From Hemiscyllium ocellatum (lineage: Eukaryota): a DNA stretch of 64,000 bases. A program made the translations under genes and the position numbers. Within the stretch, counting starts at the first letter, position 1. Each line of letters opens with the position of its first letter. The notes below the pieces were generated by a model. The model searched no databases, had not been told where the DNA came from, and was given only the letters and a program-made list of their open reading frames with translations. Positions 50,901-62,100 of the stretch are shown in pieces. The DNA lies in the NCBI RefSeq assembly GCF_020745735.1, contig NW_026867458.1:1-64000 (forward strand), written 5' to 3'.

Positions 50901-51859
50901 TCCTCTTTCCCCTGTGAATGTTGCTGCACCAGACGGTCTACTTAGTTTGAAAAAGATTAAAATGTTTTGAAGTGTAATAAGACCATTGCCAGTAACATTA
51001 AAAGCTGATAATAAGTTTTCAAATAATAAGATGCAAAAAAAAATTCTGATTTTACATTGTGCCACGAAACATCTCCTGCATAACTGAGGCACAAAGAAAA
51101 TATGCAGCATATTTCCCTCTGCCTCGCTCAATCAAATATCTCTTGTTGTCAACAACCAATTTCAAAACTCTTGCTATCTGCCTTTTGTTCCTGAAACATT
51201 CGTTCTGATTGGAACAACTTAGTCAGGGCTCTCAATTCTGAGGCACCTAATCAAATATTGTATTTCTGGCAGATAAAAGTGGTTTTGAAGCGCGAGATAA
51301 AATTGAACTGTCTGAGATTCAGGTATCCGAACTGGACAATTTATAAATGGTCAGGACCGTGGACAAGTTAGTCAGAGATAGCACTGAAACAAACTGTACA
51401 ACAGACTTAATCCCAGAGGATACATTGCTCAACTCCTCACGTCAAATATATTCACTGTAATTGAATATTCATCAGAGGAACTAACCAGTGGATTAATGTG
51501 AACGAGAATGTGTTCACAATGAACATAAATAACCACTGAGTTCATAAACTTAATAAGTCATTGTATTTAACAAAATTATTGAGGTGGGAAATATCGCCAA
51601 TTAAAGCACAGATCTGGAGGAAATGGATTATTCTCTAAATTATTTTTACATATTCTTAAAACGTTCCTCGAATTGTGGAGATTTTGCATGCACTGCATAA
51701 ACAATACTGCATTCCAGTGTGGAAAGCATTTCTGTTGAAGGAATTAGGGCAAGGTTATTTTCTTGTTAACTGCTTGTAATGAACTAAAATGTTGAAAAAG
51801 GTATGAATTGAAAACATGCTTCTGTCTGGAGTTGCCCACTTTAACGGATGTCTAAGTAA

Positions 51860-52150
51860 ATGTGGCACTGCTGCCTCACAGATCCAGGTACCCAGGCTCG
51901 GTTCCAGCCTCGGGTGATGGCCTATGTGGAGTTTACACAATCTCCCCTGTGTCTGTGTGGATTTCCTCCCAAAATCCAAAGATGTGCAAGTCAGGTGAAC
52001 TGGTCATGCTATATTGTCTATAGTGTTAGGTGCATCAGTCAGGGGTAAATATAGGGTAGGGGAATGGGTCTGGTGGGTTCCTCTTCAGAGGGTCGGTGTG
52101 GACTTGTTGGGCCAAATGGCCTGATACATACTGCAGGAAATCTAATCTAA
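51860..52150 (+). mobile_element. HE1-type SINE
   Basis: gcactgctgcctcacag...ggctcggttccagcctcgggtga...gtggagtttacacaatctcccc; aatctaatcta tail. Confidence 0.85.
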
Positions 52151-52394
52151 ATGATTGTCACACTGAACTAATGTGAGCAGATTCCTTCAGATCGCTACAT
52201 TGCAATAAATCGATCAAGTATATTAATTAAAATAAATATTACTCTATTTTCAGTGTTTGAATAAACAATGTGCTCTGTTATCCTCTAGTTCATGTCTTCT
52301 GCAAATTTGTGAACTCTGCATACGCCTGAACACATCGATGTAAAATGAATTTTCTGCGTTTGCAGCAAGTACTCCCATGGTTTTAAGAGGAGAG

Positions 52395-52736
52395 TTCCTA
52401 CAGTATGGAAACAGGCCATTTGGCCCAACAATTCCACACTGACCCTCTGAACAGTAAGTCGCCCACCCAGACCCATTCCCCCTAATTTATATTTGTCCTT
52501 GACTAATGCACCCTAACCTAGACATCCCTGAACACTATGGCTGTGCTAAACTGCACAATCACCTGACCTGCACATCTTTTGGACTGTGGTAGGAAACCAC
52601 AGCACCCGAAGGAAACCCACACAGACACAGGGAGAATGTGCAAACTCCACACAGGCAGTCACCCGAGGGTGGAATCAAATTTGGGACCCTGGCGCTGTGA
52701 GGCAGCAATGCCAATCACTGAGCCACCATGCTGCCC
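52395..52736 (-). mobile_element. HE1-type SINE
   Basis: Reverse complement of the HE1 head (gggcagcatggtggctcagtgattggcattgctgcctcacagcgcc) and core. Confidence 0.88.
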
Positions 52737-54349
52737 TGGAGTTCATGAGTGGATTACTTTAATTAATTCGAAATTTGGTTGGTCACATAATTCACTATAG
52801 CAGTTGTTTCCTGAAGAATGACTCTTCAGTTGATATTTTGTTGTAAAATGTAACTATTTATTTAAAATGCACAGATTGGGAACACCTAAAGCACTGTGCA
52901 GGTTAAATAATTCAGTTAATGTTTTATTTTTATCCTGCAAATCCAGTTTAATCAGGGGCATAACAATTAATTAACTCAAGTTATATGTGAAACTGATCAA
53001 AGCAGTGAAACTGATCTGTTCTACATAGAATTGAGCAGAATTTCCAAATGGTCTTTGCCAATGATCTTTTCCAGCCAGAAAAATATGTATGTAGTGTACA
53101 GCGGAATTGAAAGGTGTTTCTTGATCAATTATAGCACAGTCATGGCATTTTTGCTCAACAGCAAGAACTATTAGAACATTAGACTTTTGAAATTCTATTT
53201 ATATTTCTCTATGACTTGTAAACTGTTTAAAGACAGACTTTGTGATTGAACTAGATAGTTGAGTTTCGAATTTGGATTGTAAAGCATGGATTAGATTAAT
53301 CCTTAATTATTTATTTTAAGTAAAAATAGCACCTGAAGGTATCTGTTTTCCCTTCATTTCTAAAACCTGTGCGATTTGCCTTTCACTTTATAGTAGACTT
53401 TATGAAATTTTAACTCGCATGCTGATTGCATTGAATGAGGAAAGAGCAGTTCACTGTCACCAACCGTGTTAACATTGCAAAAACAATGTCGAAACCAGAA
53501 ACGGTTTCCCAAATATAACACATTTAATGTTACCCAAGCACAGTCCCTCCTCAACAGATCAACGATCACCAGATCACAACACGGTATGTTTGCAGCAGAA
53601 CTAGCTCTGCAAACATTTTCAACAGAACCAAGAACATGATGTCACCTCACAAATAAAACCAAATTGAAGTCTAACAAAGCTGCTCAGAATCAAGCAAACT
53701 AATGATTAAATTGAATAGAAATAACAGGTCATAATAGCAACCTTGTTTTGAGGGGACTTAACACTTAAAGCTGTAACGTTTCTGGCAATAGTTCAATTTA
53801 TTTCTAACCTGCACACCCTTCCTGATCATGACAATCTTGTGCAGCGCACAGTAGAGTGGGGTTGAAGGCATATATTGATTAATCACCTCATGGTCAAAAC
53901 AAAATTACTGAATGGACAAATATTACCACATTATAATTTTAAGTTAGTTTCAATTACGTAATCTGATCAATTCTGCAGTTTCAGATTTAGGTCCCAAATT
54001 TTATTTTGAATGAGGCTACTCAAAACAAAATTCAGTTCGTTTACAATTAGAACGGAGTTTTTTTAAAAAAGTCAATCCATTAAAAACTCATTTTTTTTTT
54101 CATTTCTCACACATCTGGGTTTCTGCCTTAAGTTGTTTTTCAGACCGTTACAAATGGATGTCCTGTTTTCAATCAAGCGGAGAAAAACGTGTCATATAAG
54201 TTTAACAAATGCAGAAATGATTCATGAAAAACAAAAGAACTTCACAAATATTGGTAATGAAAAGTATTCCAGAGAGTCAATCTCCTCACCAGAAAGAAAA
54301 CACCAACTCAGAAAGCATGAAAACGCAGATCAATTTCACAAACTGAATA

Positions 54350-54640
54350 AGAATCCAATCAACTCAATTCAACAGAATCAAAGAAAATAAAATCAGAATC
54401 CAATCAACTCAAAACAACAGATTTGAATGAAACATAATCAGAATCCAACCAATTCAATTCAACAGAATCAAATAAAACCATTTCAAAAGTCAATCAACAC
54501 AATTCAACAAAACCAAGTAAAAACAAAGTCAGAATCCAATCAACACAGTTCAACCCGAATCAACTAAAACAAAGCCAAAATCCAATCAACTCAATTCAAC
54601 AGAATCAAGTAAAACAAACTCCGAATCTAATCAACAGAAT
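54350..54640. repeat. ~45-bp degenerate tandem repeat (~6.5 copies) in the J-C intron
   Basis: gaatccaatc-like anchors at 54351, 54396, 54441, 54486, 54532, 54578 and 54623. Confidence 0.85.
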
Positions 54641-55155
54641 GCAATATAGCACCGCAAGAAACTTTGATGACAGTTTCTAACCTGCTTGTCATCAACAAAA
54701 TTAACAAAATAAATGAGAAAATATAATCATGGTAAGAACATATATTCAAGAAATGAATAATGATATTTTAGCATATTTTAGTCATGTTTGGTAATATCTT
54801 GAACATCTTTGAATTCGTAGCATTTGTTGTTGATAATAAAACTCACAGTCAGGGTGTCACTGACATTAAACATTATTTATAGCTGACTGATTAAGAGACA
54901 TTAGGTGTTTCAAGTAACCCAGCCACAAAGAATATCCATCTGATCAAAAAAAAAAGAGATACACTGAGCAAATGACTCCATCATCACCATTTTAACTATT
55001 TGCTGAGCCTTAACTGAAGTCTATAATCAGTCTGAACAAAAATCAATCCGAACCAAACCAAACTCAGCACAGAATCTGAGTTTCATTTAATTCAGAAATT
55101 AGTCACATGAATAGAAAGTTTTTAAAAAGTCACTAAGAATGTTCAAAGTTCTTAC

Positions 55156-55203
55156 CTGAAGTCACTGTCACCATGGTCCCTTGGCCCCAGTCATCAAGAT
55201 AGT
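55156..55203 (-). CDS. IGHJ: Ig heavy-chain JH segment (YLDDWGQGTMVTVTS)
   Basis: WGQG motif, VTVTS end, GTAAG splice donor at 55155-55151, upstream 23-RSS. Confidence 0.97.
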
Positions 55204-55242
55204 CACAGTGTTACATTCTCTGGATTGGATCACACAATAACT
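55204..55242 (-). other. JH 23-bp-spacer RSS
   Basis: On + strand: CACAGTG (55204-55210), 23 nt, ACAATAACT (55234-55242). Confidence 0.92.
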
Positions 55243-55569
55243 AGCTCTGCATAAAACAAATCAAAAATCTACCATCATTTTAAATTTTCAGAACCACAGG
55301 CAAAATAAAGTCACGATAAATCTTCATCACATAATTGCGCGAGTGAATTCTGATCATCCTTGATAAATTTTAATACTGTTTTATACTTCACAGAGTAACA
55401 CATCAGCTGATTCTCAAAATCCCCAACTGGTGTATCAATAATTACCCAACACTTTTACAAATTAAATAGTGATACTGGCATAAAACCCCACAGAACTAAT
55501 ACCGAACTGCAAGTTAAGACGGTTTGTAGAAGTAATCACTGACTAGATTCAAACAATGGAGGCTGAATA

Positions 55570-55640
55570 GGTTTTTGTATTGATCATAATTGCAGTGTCA
55601 CCCCAGCTATATCACTGTGAGACACGTTGTGTCAAATACT
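55570..55640 (-). other. IGHD: IgH D2 segment ATATAGCTGGGGTGA (55598-55612) with 12/12 RSSs
   Basis: On + strand: GGTTTTTGT-12-TGCAGTG, D core, CACTGTG-12-TCAAATACT. Confidence 0.9.
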
Positions 55641-55943
55641 ATGACAGACTGTAAACTGTAAAATGCAAATAATTTCTTCACTTCCTAGAAAGCAGTGATT
55701 CAGACTCCTCGAAAAATGATTTGGTGCATTATTTCAGCTTTTACTATTCATTGTATTTTGAAAGCTTGGAATACTTTTCCAGGTTTGGTCTGCATTTAAC
55801 TTGACAATCAACACGAAGAAGGTAGAAAACAATTCTACATTTGTACAAACTAGCACGACTGGATTGTGTTTAAATTGCAGCTCACATTATTTCTCGCTCC
55901 TGCCACGGTAGAAATCACCAATTTGAGATAAATCCTTGTCGGT

Positions 55944-56023
55944 GGTTATTGTATGAGGATGTCGCTGTGCACAGCACTGTGACCCACTGTAGTATCACAA
56001 TGATGTAGACCAGTACACTCATT
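55944..56023 (-). other. IGHD: IgH D1 segment ATACTACAGTGGGT (55982-55995) with 12 (V-side)/22 (J-side) RSSs
   Basis: On + strand: GGTTATTGT-22-CACTGTG, D core, CACAATG-12-ACACTCATT; all three D frames are open (YYSG in frame 2). Confidence 0.92.
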
Positions 56024-56371
56024 CTCTGTTCTTTACTCTAGGTCTCAATTTTCATTTGAAAGAGCCATTTAGCACTGATCATGTTTAGAATGAATGCCAT
56101 AGTTGACATAACAATTAGCAGTGATTTCCTGAGCTGTCAGATATATTTTGTCCCAGCATTTAATTGATGGAAGTGTTAGCAGTACATATGACATGCCTAA
56201 AACATTGTCCCATTGTGTCACCAGTTTGCTAGTTTCAATGGTACATTTCCTCTTTGATAGCTTTGTAAGAGGCAGCCTGAGGTCTGCTTCAGATCGCAGT
56301 TGGTATAATTGCATTTAAAACTCAAACTGACCATCAGTTTATGATGGAATTGACAAAATGTTCCCTCGAGC

Positions 56372-56410
56372 TGTTTTTGAACGGGTTCAGCCCTGGTTCC
56401 TCTCGCTGTG
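56372..56410 (-). other. VH 23-bp-spacer RSS
   Basis: Minus strand CACAGCG-23-TCAAAAACA immediately after YYCARD. Confidence 0.93.
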
Positions 56411-56715
56411 GTCTCTTGCACAGTAATAGATGGCGGTGTCTTCGATCTTCAGGTTAGTCATTTTCAACGAGAAAATGTTGTTTGAATTGTCTTTGGACGC
56501 AGTAAATCGACCCTGAATCGCTGGTGCATAGTTATTGCTGGATGAACTATAGTAGCTAACCAGCCACTCCAGACCCTGGCCGGGAACCTGGCGGACCCAG
56601 CTCATGTAGCTGCTGCTGAGATCGAACCCGCTGGTTTTACAGGTCAGTGTCAGGCTGCTTCCGGGATGGCCAGTCTCTGCCTCTGGCTGGGTCAAAACAA
56701 CCTCCGACTGGACAC
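56411..56715 (-). CDS. IGHV: Ig heavy-chain V exon, shark IgM-type VH, open reading frame
   Basis: (C)[101 protein letters not shown]; both Cys and the Trp are conserved; AG acceptor at 56717-56716. IgM rather than IgW is assigned from recalled framework similarity and the two-D layout. Confidence 0.97.
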
Positions 56716-56820
56716 CTTTAAAAAAGACAAGAAATAAACCATGAGCATTACTTTTACATTCCTGAGGTAGACTAACATTGAGACAGCAACAAAGACAGAC
56801 TTAAACAAAAAAACACTCAC

Positions 56821-56869
56821 ATGATAAGAAAGTCAGTAATAAACTGAGAAAAATTGTCGACACAATCAT
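56821..56869 (-). CDS. IGHV: VH leader exon (MIVSTIFLSLLLTFLS + 1 nt)
   Basis: Hydrophobic signal peptide, GTGAGT donor, 105-bp phase-1 intron in frame with the V exon. Confidence 0.95.
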
Positions 56870-56955
56870 TCTGATAACTTCTGGGAAGCGGTTCTGTCAA
56901 GATCTTTCTAAACAAAGCCGATCCCGGAGTGTTGAATTACGGTCCAGTGCCTAGG

Positions 56956-57010
56956 ATTTATATGGCTATCGGAAAGGGCAGGCTCACAGCTTCCGCCTGT
57001 TGGTTTCCTG
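56956..57010 (-). promoter_or_regulatory. Putative VH promoter: TATAAAT (56962-56956) with upstream GGAA (ETS-like) motifs, no octamer
   Basis: TATA box 87 bp upstream of the ATG; CAGGAAAC and GGCGGAAG just upstream of it. Confidence 0.55.
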
Positions 57011-57230
57011 CTGGAGACTGAGACTGGATCCTGGTCTCAGCTTGCACAGCCCCAACACATGGGTGCATATCTTTACCAGGTTATGCTTAAACATGGATAT
57101 ATACACATCTTGGGATATTTATTTTGCTGAATAGCTTCTTTGGGAGTGTTTTTTTTAAATGGTGGAAGTAAAATTGAGTACCTTCAGGTCTATTTCACAT
57201 GATAGTTGCAAGTATTTTGCTTTAAAATAA

Positions 57231-57686
57231 ATTCATTCGGAAGTTAGCTCCCTTTATTTCTACATTCATTCACAAACAGATAAAACTAAAATCGAAGTTC
57301 AAACGTATTACTAGCTAGTAAAACAATTGAGTTTTTATTTCCCAGGACACTGCCAGTCTCTGTCCCACTACAAAATAACATGTAATTCATACTAAACATT
57401 TCAAAATTCAATTTAGGCAACTGAATACAGAGCGTGTCCAAAGTGATTATATTCAGAATATTCAATTAGAAGTTAACTCCCTTTAATTCTACATTCCACC
57501 ACAAGCAGATAAAGCTAAAAAGAACTTCAATCATATTATTAACCAACAAAATGAGTGACTTTATTTTTGCTGTCACTCAACGTCTCTCTCACTTTACAAA
57601 ATAACATCCCATTTCTAATCTGCGTTTCTAAATTCCATTTAGGCAACCTAATATGGAGCAGGACTAAAGTGATTATGTTCAGAATG
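57231..57686. repeat. Degenerate ~228-bp direct tandem duplication upstream of VH
   Basis: Paired anchors agttagctcc/agttaactcc (57242/57471) and aagtgattatattcagaat/aagtgattatgttcagaat (57441/57667). Confidence 0.75.
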
Positions 57687-58849
57687 TGAGTGGATATCAC
57701 TAAACAGTTTGGACCCGGAGATTAGAAGCACCTCCTGACATTGCAGAATGTCAGGAGACTCCTTGCATCTTTTTTTTCAAATTTTTTAAAATGCATAGTA
57801 AAGGAAAGCTGTGTGCCTGAGAAACAAAAAGTGAGTTGGCAGTGCTACATAACACCTAGGTAAACTTTTGAAAGAGCATCTAATGAACTAGAACAGGACA
57901 GTCCATACTTTTTTTTAAAAAATCCTCAACACCTAAACCATTGCAGGTAACTGTCTGGGTACATCAGGAGTGTTTGGTTAAATTAGAGAGTATTACAATA
58001 ATCATTACCACGAATGTAGGTTATAAACAGTACATTTCTCTGCTCACTGATAGCTCTGACAGGGGCAGTTAACTCATAAAAATAAGCAGAAATTCGCTGT
58101 TACACGACACCAGTGTTAACCATGTATAAAGGGCCCACTCAGTTTTAATGAGATAAATGAATCAGAGAATGGTGTACCAAGTGATGTGAGTTTGAACCAA
58201 TTCAAGTTTGTTAATTTACTTTGAGATGATAACAAATGTTACTGCAATGTGGGATTTTGGATCCATTAACTTCATATTCAGGAGCTTTAAAGATACTCAA
58301 TAAACAGGCTGAACTAACCAGAATGTCACTGCATTCAATGTCCTGTTTCTGATAGTCATACGGTGAATGCTGTATTCAGTGACTTTCCTTTTTAAAGAAG
58401 AAATGCCAAGTGAAATGTATCCATTGTGAGTAAATGGGAAAATATAGTTTGTTTGGTATGATTTTACTTTAGTTGATTCATTTTCCCTTTAATCGGCCAG
58501 ATACAATCGTTGGCAGCAATTAAGCTGCTGCAGAAAAGGTCCTTGAGTTTCCAGGTTCATTTCCTGGAAGCAGGTGGAGTTTCTGCAGGGGATCAAAGAT
58601 ATTTTGTCTCACTGGTGACCAGTTGGTGGAAAGCAAACTGCAGACCATAACCACTGCCTCTGCAGAAACAAATCTACTCAGCAACAATACTGGAGAAAAG
58701 TTTATTTTTCAGTTGTGAAACTTGGAGAACTAGTCCCTCCTCTCATTGAAGGAAATATTCGCAGAGTCTCAGACACAACCTAAACATCAACAGTTCATTT
58801 GAGGATCACTGCAGCACTGTTTAATATTGAGAAAAATTGATAAATAGTC

Positions 58850-59150
58850 ATAGAGTCATGGAGTGATTCAGCATGGAAACAGACACTTCAGTCCAACCAG
58901 TCCATGCCAGTCATAATCCCAAACTAAACTAATCCCACCTGCGTGTACTTGGCCCATATCCTTCCAAACATTTGATATTCATTTACTTATCCAAATGTCT
59001 TCTATAGGTTGTAAGTATCCACCACCAGATCATCCCACACACAAACCATTCTCTGTGTAAAAAGTTGTCTCTGATATCGTTTTAAAAATTTTTCTCCTCT
59101 CATTGTAAAACATGTTCCCTATTGTTGAAATCCCCCACCATAGGGAAAAT
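58850..59150 (-). mobile_element. CR1 3' end fragment
   Basis: catagagtcat...cagcatggaaacagacacttcagtccaacc tail in reverse orientation. Confidence 0.7.
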
Positions 59151-62100
59151 ACGACAATGTCTGGGTCAAAAATTGAGAACAATCCCAGCTCCAAACATTT
59201 ACAAAATATTACTATGGATCTTCCTTGAGTCCAAAAAAGATTGTCTCCTTTGATCAATGATTTGTAAAATTTATTCGCGTATCTAATGTGATGGACGTTT
59301 TCAAATAACTTCTGAAATGCAATTGGTTCACATCAATCGTATTAAAGTGACATTTCGTGTGTGACCCCACACACATAAAAAACAAGTTTGTTGACATGAG
59401 TTGCTCTGAGGAAGTCTACGATGAATTCTTTTATCAAACAAAATCATTTCCAGTGTTGTGAGGGCTTGTCTATCTTCTGTGCAATGGTCTGAATTTTGAA
59501 GTTGTGTCTGACTGCAGATGAAACTGGCTGCTCTGGGTAAAAGTACAGTTTGCGCCTTTCACATTGTTAATGTATATTGCTGACTTTAGTTGAATAAAGG
59601 GATGTTGCCCCAGGCATCGTCTGGCACCATTAATTAGACCATTAATTTCCACATCGCTCGCCAGAGGATCAGGTGGAGTTTATTGATATGTGATATTTTT
59701 GAAACGAAAGCTTCGTACATTTCCAGGATGAATCATGTAAATTAGAGCCATTCACCTTTCCACTCATGGCTTTATAAACTTATATGAGGTCACCCCCCGA
59801 ACTCTCACCCTCCAGTGAAACAAGTTCCAGTCTATCTGGATTTCCAACGGTAACTTTGTTCCCTCACATTCTGCTGTTAAAGATCCTCCTGCCACCCCAG
59901 GTCCACAGAGAGTGTCCCTTGATACTAGTTCAAAGAAATGAAAGGAACTTGTCCCAGCATATTGTTCAATTTTATTTGGCTTCAAACACCATAAAAAATA
60001 AATGTTCATGTCATTGCTGATTTATGGGAGAATTCCGTTTACACAGTATCTGCTGAAATATCTGCAATACCATCCTGAATCTGGTTCGCAGGTTCACCTG
60101 TTGCTCACAAATGCAACCAGACATCAGGGAGCAGTGTGTGGGATATAGGTAAAGTAGTGTTACTTCTGCAATTATAATTACTTATACAAAGTAAATGAAC
60201 TCACACCAGTGTGTAATTGTTTCAGCCAAGAGCTGAGTCAACAAGAATGGAAATGATGTGGAGGAAATACATAATTGTTTTTGTATTCACTAAAAATGTA
60301 TGCAAGAATGAAACGTGACTGCAAAACAATGGTAGATATTACAGACGAATAGATAAGATGCTGTGAGGGGAGGGAGTTAAGCTAGATACGCCTGTACAAA
60401 CAATAGGTATAAACATCTGTTTCCCACTTTTACTGAAACACAGGAACAAACCCCAATTAAAAGGGTCATAAGGATCAGTATGGTAGGGGAAGGCACAGAT
60501 GGAGGGAATAGATAATAGTGAAGAAAGGATATGCCTAACAATGACCCACAGCGGGATGAGGTCAAACAGCCTTGTGAGGCCAGAAATAAGCATTTTGTCA
60601 CAGACAAGGCTGGATAAGGCAAGAGATAAACAGGAGTAATGGGCGCCGGTCTTAGGGAAGTGGAAGATGTAAACAGGGGAGGAGCAATGAAATAATAATA
60701 TAGAAACCAAATTACATAAATATTGTGTATTAGTTGAATTCAGTGTGTGTGTCCCTGCCTTGTGGACATGGACATCACACCATCTTGCAAGAGTAAAGTA
60801 AAGGGCACCACTGATTCAGATTTTGTCTCGAACTGAAATTATTGAAGTGTGTGAGCTTTGTTTCTCACAAGTGAACATTGTCCACACCCAGCCCTCCACC
60901 CTTCCCTTCTGTACTTTTCACTTTGTGAAATCCGTGTTGCCAATAATCAGTTAAAAGAAAGATTTTTTAAAACTTTCTTAATTCATCTTGCTGATCTTGA
61001 CTGAGTAAAGGTATGTTGCTGTCAGCATTTCTGGGGAACATGTCTGCATTTTTTTCATGTCAGTTTACAATGATATTAAGTCAAGAATTGTCAAAACGTC
61101 CTGAGAAACAACGTTTAGAAATGGGCGTTCTGCCCCTACTTTTTTCCCCATAAGCCAGGATTTACAGCATTGGAGATCATATCTATGTTGATAATGGATT
61201 AGACCCTACACAATGTTCCTGAATGTTTACTTCAAGTGCTATCACCTGCAGGGTTATGGACAACATGCTATAAAGTGGGTGTTGGCTGGAAGGTTCTGTT
61301 TTCACATGATACAGGTGTGATGGGCGAAGTGATCTCTCTCTGTCGTGAAAACTTCATCTTTCCTCAATTCATCTTTCCTACTTTGTCTCATTCAGAGGCT
61401 CTAATTCACATGATTCATACCGGAAATATTCCAAGCCTTCGGTTCAATGATATTAATAAACTCCACCTGACTCTCCAGCTAGCAATGTGGAAATTAATGG
61501 TCTAATTAATGGTGCCAGACGATGCCTGGGACAACATCACTTTATTCAACTAAAGTCAGCAATATACATTAACAATGTGAAAGGCACAAACTGTACTTTT
61601 ACCCAGAGCAGCCAGTTACATCTGCATTCAGATACAAAATTCAGACCATTGCACAGAAGATAGACGAGCCCTCACAACGTTGGAAATGATTTTGTTTGAT
61701 AAAACAGTCCATCCTAGACTTGCTTAGAACAACTCGTGATAACAAAATTGCTTGATTTTTTTTGTGTGGGGTAACACATGAAATGTTACTGTATTCCGAC
61801 TGATGTGAACCATTTGCACTTCAAGTTATTTGAAAACGTCCTTCAAAAAAAGATATGGGAACAAATTTTAGAAATCATTGATCAAAGGGATTTTTTTTGG
61901 ACTCAAGGAAGATCCATAGTGATATTTTGTAAATGTTTGGAGCTGTGATTGCTTCAAATTTTTAACTAAGACATTGGCATACAGTGGACGACATCACAAT
62001 TTGCTGTAACATGAAACTCGCAACCACTGTGAACCATCGCCTGATGGTTCAGAATTTAACAAGGACCTCGCAAGGTTCGTGGAATGGACCGACGAGTGAT

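Noticed and set aside
49950-51131. Minus-strand ORFs in the J-C intron as a possible pseudogene or C exon
   Set aside because: The opposite strand shows decayed LINE RT motifs; no Ig-fold signature.
52985-53020. Repeated GTGAAACTGA (IRF-like) motif in the J-C intron
   Set aside because: Spacing does not fit ISRE/AICE consensus; two short matches in AT-rich DNA are expected by chance.
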